Positions 1-10,232 of a stretch of 64,000 nucleotides of DNA are shown here, one piece after another. The stretch comes from Alphaproteobacteria bacterium (GTDB lineage Bacteria; Pseudomonadota; Alphaproteobacteria; UBA828), in contig OZ243972.1 in NCBI GenBank assembly GCA_965214705.1, positions 3,008,001 to 3,072,000 on the forward strand, given 5' to 3'. The notes beneath the pieces are model-generated. The model ran no database searches. It was not told the origin of the DNA and saw nothing but the letters and a program-made list of their open reading frames with translations. Position 1 is the stretch's first letter. Each line of letters opens with the position of its first letter. The translations under genes were made by a program, and so were the position numbers.

Positions 1-1
1 A

Positions 2-817
2 TTCGACCGATACGCTCTGCGATGGAAACCGGGAACCCTACGGGTCAACCGCTGCTATCTGCGCAACCAGATCCTGCCGCGCTTCGCCGGGCGCCAGATC
101 ATGGATATCGACAGTCAGGATGTCCGCAACTGGTTCGCCTCGCTGCGTGCGACGCCGGTCGCGGCCGACAGGTCGATGCCGGTACTGTCCGTCATCATGG
201 GGGAGGCAGAAGCCATGGGCCTTCGCCCCGAGGGCTCCAACCCGTGCCGGGGCATCCGGCGCTACCGACGAAAGGGGCGCGAGCGATTCCTGTCCGATGA
301 CGAGATCCGCCGGTTGTCCGCGAGACTGTCGGCGCATGCCGGGAGCAGGCCCCTGTCGGTCGGCGCCATCCGCCTCCTCCTGCTGACCGGTTGCCGGAAA
401 GGCGAGATCCTGAGCCTTCGATGGTCGGACTATCGCGACGGCCATCTCTTCCTGCGCGACGGCAAGACCGGTCCGCGAACCGTCTGGCTCTCGCGGCCAG
501 CCAGAAACGTTCTCGACGGTCTCGAGCGAACGAGCCGCTGGGTATTTCCGGCGTTGCGGGAGGATCGGCCACTGAGCGGCGCCTGGCTGCACTGGAACTG
601 GTGCCGGGTCCGCGAGGAAGCCGGGCTGCGCGACGCGCGTCTTCACGACTTGCGTCATACCCACGCGAGCCTGGCCATGCGGGAAGGTGAATCGATCCTG
701 GCCATCGGGCGCCTTCTGGGCCACCGCGATACGGAGACGACGCTCAAGTATGCTCATCCGACCGACGGAATGGTGATGGATGCCACCGAGACGGTCGGCG
801 CCGTGTTGGGGCGCTGA
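2..817 (+). CDS. Tyrosine recombinase/integrase 1 (5' end beyond window edge)
   Basis: Frame is open from base 2 (FDRYALRWKPGTL...). Catalytic motifs TGCRKGE, HDLRH, LLGH and KY are present. Confidence 0.9.
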   Translation, partial: FDRYALRWKPGTLRVNRCYLRNQILPRFAGRQIMDIDSQDVRNWFASLRATPVAADRSMPVLSVIMGEAEAMGLRPEGSNPCRGIRRYRRKGRERFLSDDEIRRLSARLSAHAGSRPLSVGAIRLLLLTGCRKGEILSLRWSDYRDGHLFLRDGKTGPRTVWLSRPARNVLDGLERTSRWVFPALREDRPLSGAWLHWNWCRVREEAGLRDARLHDLRHTHASLAMREGESILAIGRLLGHRDTETTLKYAHPTDGMVMDATETVGAVLGR

Positions 818-820
818 GCG

Positions 821-1672
821 ATGGCCAGCAAGAATCGCGCGAGGCTCACCGATGCCTTGATCGCCCGTCTCCGGCCGCGCGAAAGAGAATATACGGTGTG
901 GGACCTCCGCTTGCCCGGTCTCGGGGTCCGGGTGAGGACGACGGGCGCGCGGACCTTTGTCCTGCTGTGGGACGCGCAGGGCCGATCGAGGCGTGTATCC
1001 CTCGGTCCGGTCGGGGCGAGAACGGTGGAGGAGGTTCGCCGCGAAACTCACGCTCTGGCGGCGGCATCCCCTCCAAACGGACCGCTCGGACGTGACGGGA
1101 CCGGACGAGCCGCCCCGTTGTTCCGGGATTTCGTGGAGGGTCCGTGGAAGGAAGCCCATTTCGATCGCTACAAGCCGTCGACGAAAGAGGGCGTGCGGTA
1201 CGCGCTTCGCAATCGACTGCTGCCAGCTTTCGGGCCGAAACCGCTGGATCGCATCTCCCTCGCAGACGTCAGGCGCTGGTTCGACAAGTACAGTCGAACC
1301 GCCCCGGGCGGAGCCAATCGTGGCCTCGACCTCCTTCGCCAGATCATGAACTTCGCCGTCTCGCAGGGCCTTCTCGACACCAACCCGGCACGGAACATCA
1401 AACACAATCCCCGGCCCAGGCTCACCCGGTTCCTTTCTCGCGAGGAAATCGCCCGCCTTCACCGAGCGCTCGATGACCATGCGGGAGGGAAAGCCCGGCC
1501 GCAGGCCGACATGATCAGGCTGCTTCTTCTGACCGGATGCCGAAGAAGCGAGATCGTACGGCTGCGCTGGTCGGAGGTGCACGACACCGCGCTGATGCTG
1601 GCCGACAGCAAGACAGGAATATTTCTCGACAGCTACGTTGGTCATACGGTCTGCTACGCTGGTTCACCATAA
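821..1672 (+). pseudogene. Tyrosine integrase 2 with arm-binding (DUF4102-like) N-terminus, C-terminally truncated
   Basis: WD..LPGLGVRV arm-binding motif and TGCRRSE are present. Similarity stops after LADSKTG (~1617), and HxxR, LGH and the catalytic Y are absent. Confidence 0.85.
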
Positions 1673-1802
1673 AGCATTATATTTGCTCTAGTTTTCTTGA
1701 TCTTTCGCCGAAACGACCCTCTTGCGCCTGCGCGGAGAATACGCTTGAATGCGCCCCGGTTCCATGCCGCTTATTTGCGGTTTGATCACGGGACGAAGAG
1801 CG

Positions 1803-2984
1803 ATGCCGAAGCGAAGCAGTCTGAAGATCGCCAAGCGCACCGTCGATGCGCTCCGCGTCGATCGCGGCGACGCCACCTTCTGGGACCGCGACCTCGCGGG
1901 CTTCGGGGTACGCGTGCACGCGACCGGGCGCAAGGTCTACGTGGTGCAGTCCAGGGGGCCGGGTGGCCTGAAGCGCGCCAGGATCGGCAGGCACGGCGAT
2001 CTCACCGTCGAAGAGGCGAGAACGCGGGCGGTGGCGGCGATCGACCGGATCAAGCGGGGCGAGGATCCCTTCCCGGCGCCTGCGGCGCCGGCGCTCACCG
2101 TGGCCGGGCTGGCGGAGCGCTATCTGGAGAAACATGTGGCGATGCACTGCAAGCCGAAGACGGCGGCACTCTACCGGACGGTGCTGGACCTGCACATCCT
2201 GCCGGTTCTGGGCGACAAGGCTCTCGGCGAGGTGAGGCGGGAAGACGCGGCCGAACTGCATCACCGGCTGCGCGACACGCCCTACATGGCCAACACCGCT
2301 GCGGGCGTTCTGTCGAAGATGTACCGGCTGGCGGAGAGCTGGGAGCTGGTGCCGCGCGGGTCCAACCCGTGCCGGTCCCTGCGCTACTACCGCGAGCATG
2401 CGCGCGAGCGGTTCCTGACGCCGGAGGAATACCGCCGGCTGGGCGCGGCGTTGCGCGAGGCGGGATCGAAGGCATCCCCGTGGCCGCAGGCGGTGGCGGC
2501 GATCCGGCTGCTGATCCTGAGCGGCTGCCGCAAGAGCGAGATCCTGACGCTGAAGTGGGACGACATTGACCGGGTGGCGAACGAGCTGCGGTTGAGGGAC
2601 GCGAAGTCGGGGCCGCGCATGGTGCCGCTGACCCCGCCGCTGCTGAAGGTGCTCGACGGCATTCCCCGGACGGACGGCGGTCCGTGGGTCGTGCCGGGCC
2701 GCAAGCCGGACACCCATCTGATCAACCTCGACTACTACTGGAAGCGCATCACCGCGAGAGCCGGTATCAAGGGCGTGCGCCTTCACGATGCGCGTCATTC
2801 TTATGCGAGCCGGGCGCTGGCGCTGGGCGAAAGCCTGAGCATGATCGGGAGGCTGCTGGGTCATTCCCGGGTGGCGACGACGGCGCGCTATGCGCATCTG
2901 GTGCGCGACGCTGAAAAGGCGGCGGCGGGCCGGGTGGGCGACAGTATCGGCGTCCACGTGGCGCCGGAGCGGAGCGCGGCATGA
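1803..2984 (+). CDS. Tyrosine integrase 3 (P4-like, apparently intact)
   Basis: FWDRDLAGFGVRV arm-binding domain; SGCRKSE, HDARH, LLGH and RY motifs. Confidence 0.92.
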   Translation: MPKRSSLKIAKRTVDALRVDRGDATFWDRDLAGFGVRVHATGRKVYVVQSRGPGGLKRARIGRHGDLTVEEARTRAVAAIDRIKRGEDPFPAPAAPALTVAGLAERYLEKHVAMHCKPKTAALYRTVLDLHILPVLGDKALGEVRREDAAELHHRLRDTPYMANTAAGVLSKMYRLAESWELVPRGSNPCRSLRYYREHARERFLTPEEYRRLGAALREAGSKASPWPQAVAAIRLLILSGCRKSEILTLKWDDIDRVANELRLRDAKSGPRMVPLTPPLLKVLDGIPRTDGGPWVVPGRKPDTHLINLDYYWKRITARAGIKGVRLHDARHSYASRALALGESLSMIGRLLGHSRVATTARYAHLVRDAEKAAAGRVGDSIGVHVAPERSAA

Positions 2985-4140
2985 AGGGGACGCGGCGGCG
3001 GACGATCTCCAACCGCATGGTGGCGGCGCTGGAGGTCGAGCGGGACACGGTGTTCTGGGACCGGGAGCTGAAGGGCTTTGGGGTACGGGCCTATCCCGGC
3101 GGCGGCAGGGTCTATGTCGCCCAGGCGCGGGGGCCGAAGGGACCGAGGCGCGTCACGGTGGGGCGCCACGGGGTGCTCAACGCCGAGGAGGCGAAGCGCC
3201 GCGCGGCGCTCATCATCGCGCGGGTCAAGGCGGGCGAGGACCCGGTACCGGAGCCGCTGGCGGCGAAGCTGTCGCAGGGGCCGACGGTGGCCGATCTCGC
3301 GGCGAGCACGTCACGGTGCGCTGCAAGCCGAAGACTGCGAGGACGACACGCAGCGTGGTGCAACGGCATATTGTGCCCAGGCTCGGCGGTTTGACGCTGG
3401 CGGCGGTCGGGCCCCGCGACGTATTGGAGCTGCATCACGGTCTCAGCGACCGGCCCGCGATGGCGAACATGACGGTGGCCACGCTGTCGCACATGTACAG
3501 GCTGGCCGAGGGCTGGGGCATGGTGGCGGACGGCGTCAACCCCTGTGGGTCGGTGGCGAGGTATCCGTCGAAGCGCCGCGAGCGGTTCCTGACCGACGCG
3601 GAGTTCGAGAAGCTGGGCCGGGTGCTGGACGAGGCGGAGGCGCGGGGCGGCGCGTCGGCGGGCGCGGTGACGGCGATCCGGCTGCTGATGCTGACCGGGT
3701 GCCGCAAGAACGAGATCCTGAGCCTGCGCTGGCGGGACGTTGACCTCGACGCGGGCGAGCTGGCGTTGGCGGACGCGAAAACTGGCCCGCGCGCGGTGCC
3801 GCTGCCGCCCTCGGCGGCGCGGCTGCTGGCTGCGCTGCCCCGCAAGCCCGACAATCCCTGGGTCATACCGGGACACAAGCCGGGCACGCACATGACCGAC
3901 ATCGACGGGGCCTGGCAGACGCTGCGGGCGCGCGCCGGGCTTAAGGGTGTGCGGCTTCATGACCTCCGTCACAGCTACGCTTCGAGGGCCTTGGCACTCG
4001 GGGAATCCCTGCCGATGATCGGCAAGTTGCTGGGCCACAGCCAAGTCGAGACCACGGCGCGCTATGCGCACCTCGCGCGCGAGTCGGTGCACAAGGCGGC
4101 GGCCCGGATCGCGGACAGTATCGCCGCGGACGTATTGTAG
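2981..4140 (+). pseudogene. Tyrosine integrase 4, frameshifted near 3302
   Basis: N-terminus is in ORF 2981-3394 and the catalytic part (HDLRH, LLGH, RY) is in ORF 2890-4140. The RYLE residues seen in integrase 3 are missing at the join, implying a short deletion. Confidence 0.85.
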
Positions 4141-5155
4141 GCTCGCCGTTTGGGAGGTATCGGGGGTCTATGCTGTCAGGGATGAAGACGCGCGCCGGGC
4201 GGTCCAGCCAAGTCGATGGCGCCGACATGTGAGCGCAACGCCCGGCTGAAGAGTGTCCATGAGTATCTTACCGCTGGCGTGGCTGAGCGGGCACAGAACA
4301 CTCGATTAGTCGAGGCCGATCGCCCGCCAAAGTTTGGCACGGGCATTCAGGAAGAAGCCAATGTATTCGCCGTGCAACGACATGCCTTGCAGACGGAGAC
4401 ATCCCAGCCGCTTGACTCGGAGGTAGCCGTCGCCCCAGGACTCGGGGGCAGCTTCCCAATCCTTTAGATTGTCGAGTTCGGGTCTGTAGGTGTCGCCCAT
4501 GACGGCGAAGTACGCTGACGGCAAGCACAGCTGGGGCACGCTGAATTCGACATCGTCACGGTCAAAGTCGAAGCCGAACTGCACGGAGATGTTCTTCTGA
4601 TCATCCACCCAGGGAGAGCTGTAGTACAAATCCTCCCTATTGTGGCTCCACTGGTTACCCTTGGTGCCGGAGAGCCCGCACGCTTCTTTGGTTTCATTCA
4701 GAATTTGCACGAGCTGAGGGCCGACTGACCTGTGATAAATCGTCGCTGTCGCCAGAAGGCCAGCATTGAGGTTCATGGCCATTCTCCATTCCTCCATAAG
4801 CGAAAGCAGTTCGCGAACGAAGAGCGTACTTTGGTCATCGGCGCCAGTGGTCGGCTTGGCCCACCCTCTCATCCAGTCCGCCATTTCGAACCAGTGAACT
4901 GGACGGAATGCAACTGGGGGGCCTTCGAGCGACGCTTGAAACGAAGTTCGCTCATGAAGCGTAGCATAGGCCAGGGTGCGTGTGTCGGCGGTAGTTTCGC
5001 GTTTCAGGTGCCGCTCATACCTTGGTAGCTGACCCGGTCCTTCTCCCGACGCGATTTTGCTTTCCATCGCGATCACGTGGCGGGCACCATTGCGCCGGCT
5101 CCGTGCATCGATCCAGATGTCGAGCCGATCGCCACCTTCAACAGTCTTTTGGGTT

Positions 5156-6184
5156 GGCTCAATTCGTGAATCGTAGGCATTAGGGTAGAATCGCTCCCGG
5201 TTCGCCTTGGAGGTCAGACAGATGGATCACGAGCGGTTTCGGGACTGGTTTTCGCGTGTCGATGAGTTGACGGCGGCGCAGCGCAAGGAGGTGGCGGCGG
5301 TGCTGTCGGACCCGCCGGAGGGCGCGGCCGCGCTGGCAGCGATCGAGTTGGGCGTGGATGACGAGCGGCACTGTCCGCATTGCGGCGCCGGCGGGGCGGT
5401 GTCGCGGGGCAAGGCGCGCGGTCTTCGCCGGTTCCGGTGCAAGGAGTGCGGGAGGAGCTTCGGCGCGCTCACCGGCACGGCGCTGTCCGGGCTTCACCAC
5501 AAGGAACGCTGGCTTGCCTTTGGCGCGTCGCTTGCCGAGGGCGAGACGATCAAGGAGTCTGCCGCGCGCTGCGGGATTGCGCCGAGCACGGCGCATCGCT
5601 GGCGCCACCGTTTTCTGGCGGCTGTGCGCCAGGCGCCGGACCGGCATGCCGGCATCGTTGAGGCGGACGAGACATTCGTCCTTGAGAGCCGCAAGGGGGA
5701 GCGGAAGCTGGACCGCACGCCGCGCCGGCGCGGCGGCAAGGCCCGCAAACGCGGCCTTTCGCGCGAGCAGGTGCCGATCCTGGTCGCCGCCGACCGTGGC
5801 GGCGAGACCCTCAGCCATACCCTGCCGGCGCTGAACGCAGACAGCATGAAGGACGTGCTGGAGCCGGTCCTCGCCCCGGATGCGCTGCTCGTCTCCGACG
5901 CCAACCGCTGCTATCCGCCCGTCGCGGCGGCGCTCGACATCCCTCACGAGAGCATCAACGCCTCGGCTGGCGAGCGGGTCCGGGGCGCGCTGCACATTCA
6001 GACGGTCAACAGCCGCCACAGCCAGATCAAGGGCTTCCTGCGCGGGCGGCGCGGCATCGCCACCAAGTACCTCGACAGCTATCTGAGGTGGTTCCATCTC
6101 ATCGAACTCGGCGACCAGCCATCGCCCAGGGCTTGCCTTGAGGCGGCGATGGTGAGGCCACGCCTACGGTTCGCGAATTGAGCC
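5156..6184 (+). mobile_element. IS1595-family insertion sequence
   Basis: IRs GGCTCAATTCGTGAATCGTAGGC / GCCTACGGTTCGCGAATTGAGCC; 8-bp TSD TTTGGGTT at 5148-5155 and 6185-6192. Confidence 0.95.
5222..6181 (+). CDS. IS1595-family transposase
   Basis: CPHC..CKEC zinc ribbon, HTH, VEADET, LVSD, HIQTVNS and KYL..YL motifs. Confidence 0.93.
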   Translation: MDHERFRDWFSRVDELTAAQRKEVAAVLSDPPEGAAALAAIELGVDDERHCPHCGAGGAVSRGKARGLRRFRCKECGRSFGALTGTALSGLHHKERWLAFGASLAEGETIKESAARCGIAPSTAHRWRHRFLAAVRQAPDRHAGIVEADETFVLESRKGERKLDRTPRRRGGKARKRGLSREQVPILVAADRGGETLSHTLPALNADSMKDVLEPVLAPDALLVSDANRCYPPVAAALDIPHESINASAGERVRGALHIQTVNSRHSQIKGFLRGRRGIATKYLDSYLRWFHLIELGDQPSPRACLEAAMVRPRLRFAN

Positions 6185-6832
6185 TTTGGGTTTCAAGATA
6201 AGCGAAGTCCACATCGTGGCCGATGAGCCACTTGACGAATGCCAGCCGGAGGGGCTGGCTGGTTTCGAGAACCGCGACGAGCGTCTCGGTAAAAAAAATC
6301 CTCCGCAGGCATGCGGCCGGCACTCGGCCGATATCTGAAGATGCGTCCGAATACGCTGCTCATAAGGCCTTGCCGGTTGAGATTGCAAAGGGGTTTATAT
6401 CGAAAAGTGCCGAAAATCCTTGACCCTCCCGCGTTTCGGCACTATATTGTGAACATCAAGGGGGGGGGCGGACATGGCACAGAAGGCACCGGGCAAGTCT
6501 CACCGCAAGGGCATGACCCTTCAAGGTTAAGGGTTGGGCAGGCTCTCTCTCGAGAGCCTGCCCAACCCTTTTGAACGAAGCCGCGGGCCACGAGAGGCGA
6601 AGTTGAGCTATGTGGAAAGTGCGCTGATGTCAGCGTCAGGCGGCATCCACCGGCAGCAGAGTTGCGCATAAAATCGACGCTCGCGCCGGTCTTTCGGCAG
6701 GCATGCGGGCGCACGCTGCGAGGACTGAGCGGGGTGTGAGCCGAGGGCTGTCAGCCCGGCTCAAGCGGAGACAGGTTCGGTCGTGCGTCGGCGCTTTGGC
6801 GCCGTTGCGCGGGGCCGAAGCGAGCGGGCGTC

Positions 6833-8074
6833 TCACGGTTTCCCCCTGTGGGTCGGCGGCAGCGCCGGCGGGCCGCGCGTCGAGCGGGGCTCATGGCGGC
6901 GGCGGATTTCGCGGACGAGGCGCATGACGCCGCCGCAGTGGGGGCAGGCCACGGGCGCGGTGCCGATCTCGGGCTCTTCGTCGGGCTCGGCCCGAGCGCC
7001 GTCCACGCTTCCCTCGGGGGCGGCGCAGCCGAGGGCGCCGAGAGCCTGGCGTGCTCTCTCCAGCGTGCTGGCGCGGCAGCCGTTGGCGAGGATGCCGAAG
7101 TAGCGAATGCGGTGCATGCCGTCCGGCAGGACGTGCCTCAGGAAGCGGCGGATGAACTCGTCGGCGCTCACGGTGGCGATGCCGTAGCGCGGCTTTCTCT
7201 GCCCCGGCGCCTTGGGCTTTCGGTGGCGGAAGGAGACCGTCTCGCCGTCGAAGGAGACGATGCGGCTGTCGGAGATGGCGATCCTGTGCGTGTAGTGCGA
7301 GAGGTACCGGAAGACCTGCTCAGGCCCGCGGAAGGGCCGCTTGGCGTAGACCACCCAGTCCCTGGCCCGGGCGGCGGCAAGCGTGGCGTGGAACTCGCCG
7401 GGATTGGCGAGGTGGGCGAGGGTGCCGTGGAACTCCAGGTCCCCCCGGCCGTGGGCGCGGGCGAGCTCCTCGAGGAAGAGGCGGCGGAACAGGCTGCCGA
7501 GGACCTTGACGGGGGCGAGGAAGGTGGTGCTCCCCGTCTTCCACTCGCCACTGTCTACGTCGAAGCCCGCGTTGGGCACGACCACGTGCAGGTGCGGGTG
7601 GAAGCGGAGCTTCTGATCCCAGGTATGGAGGACCGCGGTGCCGCCGATGCGCATGCCGCCGTGGCGGGGATCGGCGGCGATGGTGCGCAGGGTCTCGGCG
7701 ACGGCCCGGAAGAGGATGTCGAACACCACCCTGCGGTTGCAGAAGGCAATGGCGGCAACCTCCTTGGGCAGGGTGAAGACCACATGGAAGTAGGGCACCG
7801 GCAGGATGTCCCCGGCGCGCTCCTCGCTCCAGAGGTTGGCGGCGAGACCCTGGCAGGTGGGGCAGTGGCGGTTGCGGCAGGAGTTGAAGAGCGGATGCTC
7901 GCGCCCGCAGCCCTCGCAGGCGTACATGTGGCCGCCGAGCACGGCGGTGCGGCACGCCTCGATGGCGCCCATGACCTTGAGCCGGGCGGCGTCGATGCGC
8001 CCTTTGTGGCGCTCACGGAAAGCGGCGCCGGCGCGGCGGAAGATCTCCGCCACGCCCGCGCGTTCGGCCTCCAC
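6833..8074 (-). CDS. IS91-family Y2 HUH transposase
   Basis: Zinc-binding CEGC/CRNRHCPTC, HVVFTLP, HPHLH (HUH) and YLSHY motifs. Confidence 0.93.
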   Translation of the reverse strand: MEAERAGVAEIFRRAGAAFRERHKGRIDAARLKVMGAIEACRTAVLGGHMYACEGCGREHPLFNSCRNRHCPTCQGLAANLWSEERAGDILPVPYFHVVFTLPKEVAAIAFCNRRVVFDILFRAVAETLRTIAADPRHGGMRIGGTAVLHTWDQKLRFHPHLHVVVPNAGFDVDSGEWKTGSTTFLAPVKVLGSLFRRLFLEELARAHGRGDLEFHGTLAHLANPGEFHATLAAARARDWVVYAKRPFRGPEQVFRYLSHYTHRIAISDSRIVSFDGETVSFRHRKPKAPGQRKPRYGIATVSADEFIRRFLRHVLPDGMHRIRYFGILANGCRASTLERARQALGALGCAAPEGSVDGARAEPDEEPEIGTAPVACPHCGGVMRLVREIRRRHEPRSTRGPPALPPTHRGKP

Positions 8075-8080
8075 GCGCCG

Positions 8081-8959
8081 TCAGTTGCGCAACGCTGCGA
8101 AGCCTGAGATCGGGTGGTCGAGGCCCTCGAACATCTTGCCGGTGACGCGGGCGTAGTGACGGGTCGTGTTCGCGCTTCGATGGCCGAGCATGTCCCGGAT
8201 CACCTCGATATCGCCGCCGCGCTCGAGGAGATGGGTCGCCGCCGAATGGCGCAGGCAATGGAAGGTGTAGCTGCGGTCGAGCTCGGCAATGTCGCGCGCC
8301 CTCCTGAAGGCGGCCTGCAAGGTCTCCGTTGCGATGGGCCTGTCGAGCGAGACGCCGTAGAAGAGCCAGTTCGTCGGACGCGGCCAGATGTTCCTGTAGT
8401 AGACGCGCAAGTAGTGGATGACGATGTCCGGCAACGGTGCCATTCTCTCGGTGCCGCCTTTGCCGGAGGGGATGTGCAGCAGCTTCTTCTCCGACAGGAT
8501 GTCGCCGACCTTGATGGCCAAGGTCTCGGAGATGCGGAGCCCGCCGCCATAGCCGGTGACAATGGCAGCACGGTGGCGGAGGTCGGGTGTCGCAAGGATG
8601 AGGTGCTCGACCTCCTGCTCCGACATGTAGCGCGGCAGCTTGCCGGGCTTCTTGCGGGAGCGCAGGCCGGCGACATGGTCAGGCCAGCCGAGTGTGTCGA
8701 TGTAGAGGAAGTTCAGCGCGGCGAAGGAGACGTTGGTCGTGCCCGGACTGAGCCCCTTGTCGATCCGCCCCAGGTACCACTGGCGCACCTGCTCGGCGTC
8801 GAGCTCGTCCGGCGAGGCGTCGTAGTACCTGGCCAGGTTCTTGATCTCGCAGATGTAGGCCTTGGACGTGCTCGCGGCCAGATTGGCGATGCGGAGCTGC
8901 TCCTCCATGCGCTGGCGAAGAGGGGTGACGGTGTTCGTGTCGCACGCGGTCCCGGTCAT
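8081..8959 (-). CDS. IS91-associated tyrosine recombinase
   Basis: TPLRQRM N-terminus; GLRISE, HCLRHS, LGH and HY catalytic motifs. Confidence 0.92.
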   Translation of the reverse strand: MTGTACDTNTVTPLRQRMEEQLRIANLAASTSKAYICEIKNLARYYDASPDELDAEQVRQWYLGRIDKGLSPGTTNVSFAALNFLYIDTLGWPDHVAGLRSRKKPGKLPRYMSEQEVEHLILATPDLRHRAAIVTGYGGGLRISETLAIKVGDILSEKKLLHIPSGKGGTERMAPLPDIVIHYLRVYYRNIWPRPTNWLFYGVSLDRPIATETLQAAFRRARDIAELDRSYTFHCLRHSAATHLLERGGDIEVIRDMLGHRSANTTRHYARVTGKMFEGLDHPISGFAALRN

Positions 8960-10232
8960 TATCGATCTCCCTGGATCGCGACGGCGCGCCGCCGGACCGA
9001 TCCGGCGACGGTCCGTCGCAGGGGTCGATACTAACCACTGGTGATCGGGAGGCTGCTGGGGATCCGCCACCCGACGGGCGGAGCGCCACTGACGCAACCG
9101 GGAAGCGAACGCACAGAACAAACGGCACCCGCGACGCCTCGGAAATGAATGAACTCTACGCCGCTAACTCCGCGTAGCGGCTTCGTTCAAGAGCTTTTCC
9201 GCATGTTCCCGGATGACGCGACCGCCGAGAAATGGTTTGCAGAAAAGCGCTGGCCCGATGGCCCGCACTGCCCTTACTGCGGATCGACCAACGTCCAGTC
9301 CGGCGCCAAGCACAAGACCATGCCCTATCGGTGCCGCGAGAAAGCGTGCGCCAAGCGATTCAGCGTCCGCACCAAGACGCCTATGGAATCGTCGAAGCTC
9401 GGCTTTCAAACATGGGCTATCGCGCTTTATCAGGTCACGACCAACCTCAAGGGCGTTTCGTCCATGAAGCTGCATCGTGACTTGGGGATCACGCAGCGGT
9501 CAGCGTGGTTCCTGGCGCATCGGCTCCGCGAGGCGTGGAAAGATCACGGCCCACAGTTCACCGGTCCCGTAGAGGCCGATGAGACGTATATCGGCGGGAA
9601 GCGGAAGAACATGCCCAAGAGCAAGCGGGCGAAGCTAACGGGGCGCGGAGCGGTCGGGAAGGCCATCGTGGTGGGAACCAAGGACCGCGCGACCAACAAG
9701 GTTGCGGCGCGTCGCGTCGAAAACACGGAAGGCGCGACGCTCAAGGGCTTCGTCGCCGAGCACACCGCGCCCGGAGCCAAGGTGTTCACCGACGAGTCCA
9801 GTTCCTATCAGGGCATGGATTTCGACCATGAGCCCGTGAACCACTCGGCTGGCGAGTATGTGCGCGGCATGGCGCACACCAACGGGATCGAGTCCTTCTG
9901 GTCAATGCTGAAGCGCGGCTATCGGGGAACCTTCCACCACTTCAGCGAAAAGCACCTAGATCGGCACGTCACGGAGTTTTCGGGTAGGCACAATGATCGT
10001 GATTCCGATACTACAGACCAGATGTCTCTGCTGGTTTCCCGAATGATTGGAAAACGGCTACGCTATCTTGATCTGACGGCATAAGTGGTTTGCCGTTTGT
10101 TGCAGACAAGGAACACCAGAATTCGTTAGCAACAAAGGTAGTTGCTGGCTGGTCACTAGAGCACGCTAGTGTCTGGGCCTCATCATCAGCAGAGAACGTT
10201 ACGACGCGAAGAGGTGACATTGCTTCCTCCAT

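Larger units (their letters stand above)
4306..6363 (-). pseudogene. PD-(D/E)XK nuclease family protein (~339 aa reconstructed), interrupted by IS1595 and frameshifted
   Basis: Removing the IS plus one TSD and one A of the A8 tract (6291-6298) gives MSSVFGRIFRYRP...EDFFTETL...DRLDIWI...AMESKI...QLPRY. Confidence 0.75.
6525..9187 (-). mobile_element. IS91-like element with tyrosine recombinase, copy 1 (2663 bp between TTG trinucleotides)
   Basis: Near-identical to 52277-54939 and 55423-58085; CAA (TTG on the minus strand) at both junctions. Confidence 0.93.
6474..10084 (+). pseudogene. IS1595 transposase split by IS91-like insertion
   Basis: MAQKAPGKSHRKGMTLQ (6474-6524) joins ELFRMFPDD... 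(9191 onward). CPYC, VEADETYIGG, FTDE and TNGIESFW motifs are present. Confidence 0.92.

Noticed and set aside
2-4140. RIT element
   Set aside because: There are four genes, with P4-like arm-binding domains visible in 2-4, not the RitA/B/C trio, and no terminal IRs were seen.
6460-6468. G9 tract before the IS1595 transposase start as a phase-variation switch
   Set aside because: It is non-coding, the gene is already disrupted, and there is no evidence of length variation.
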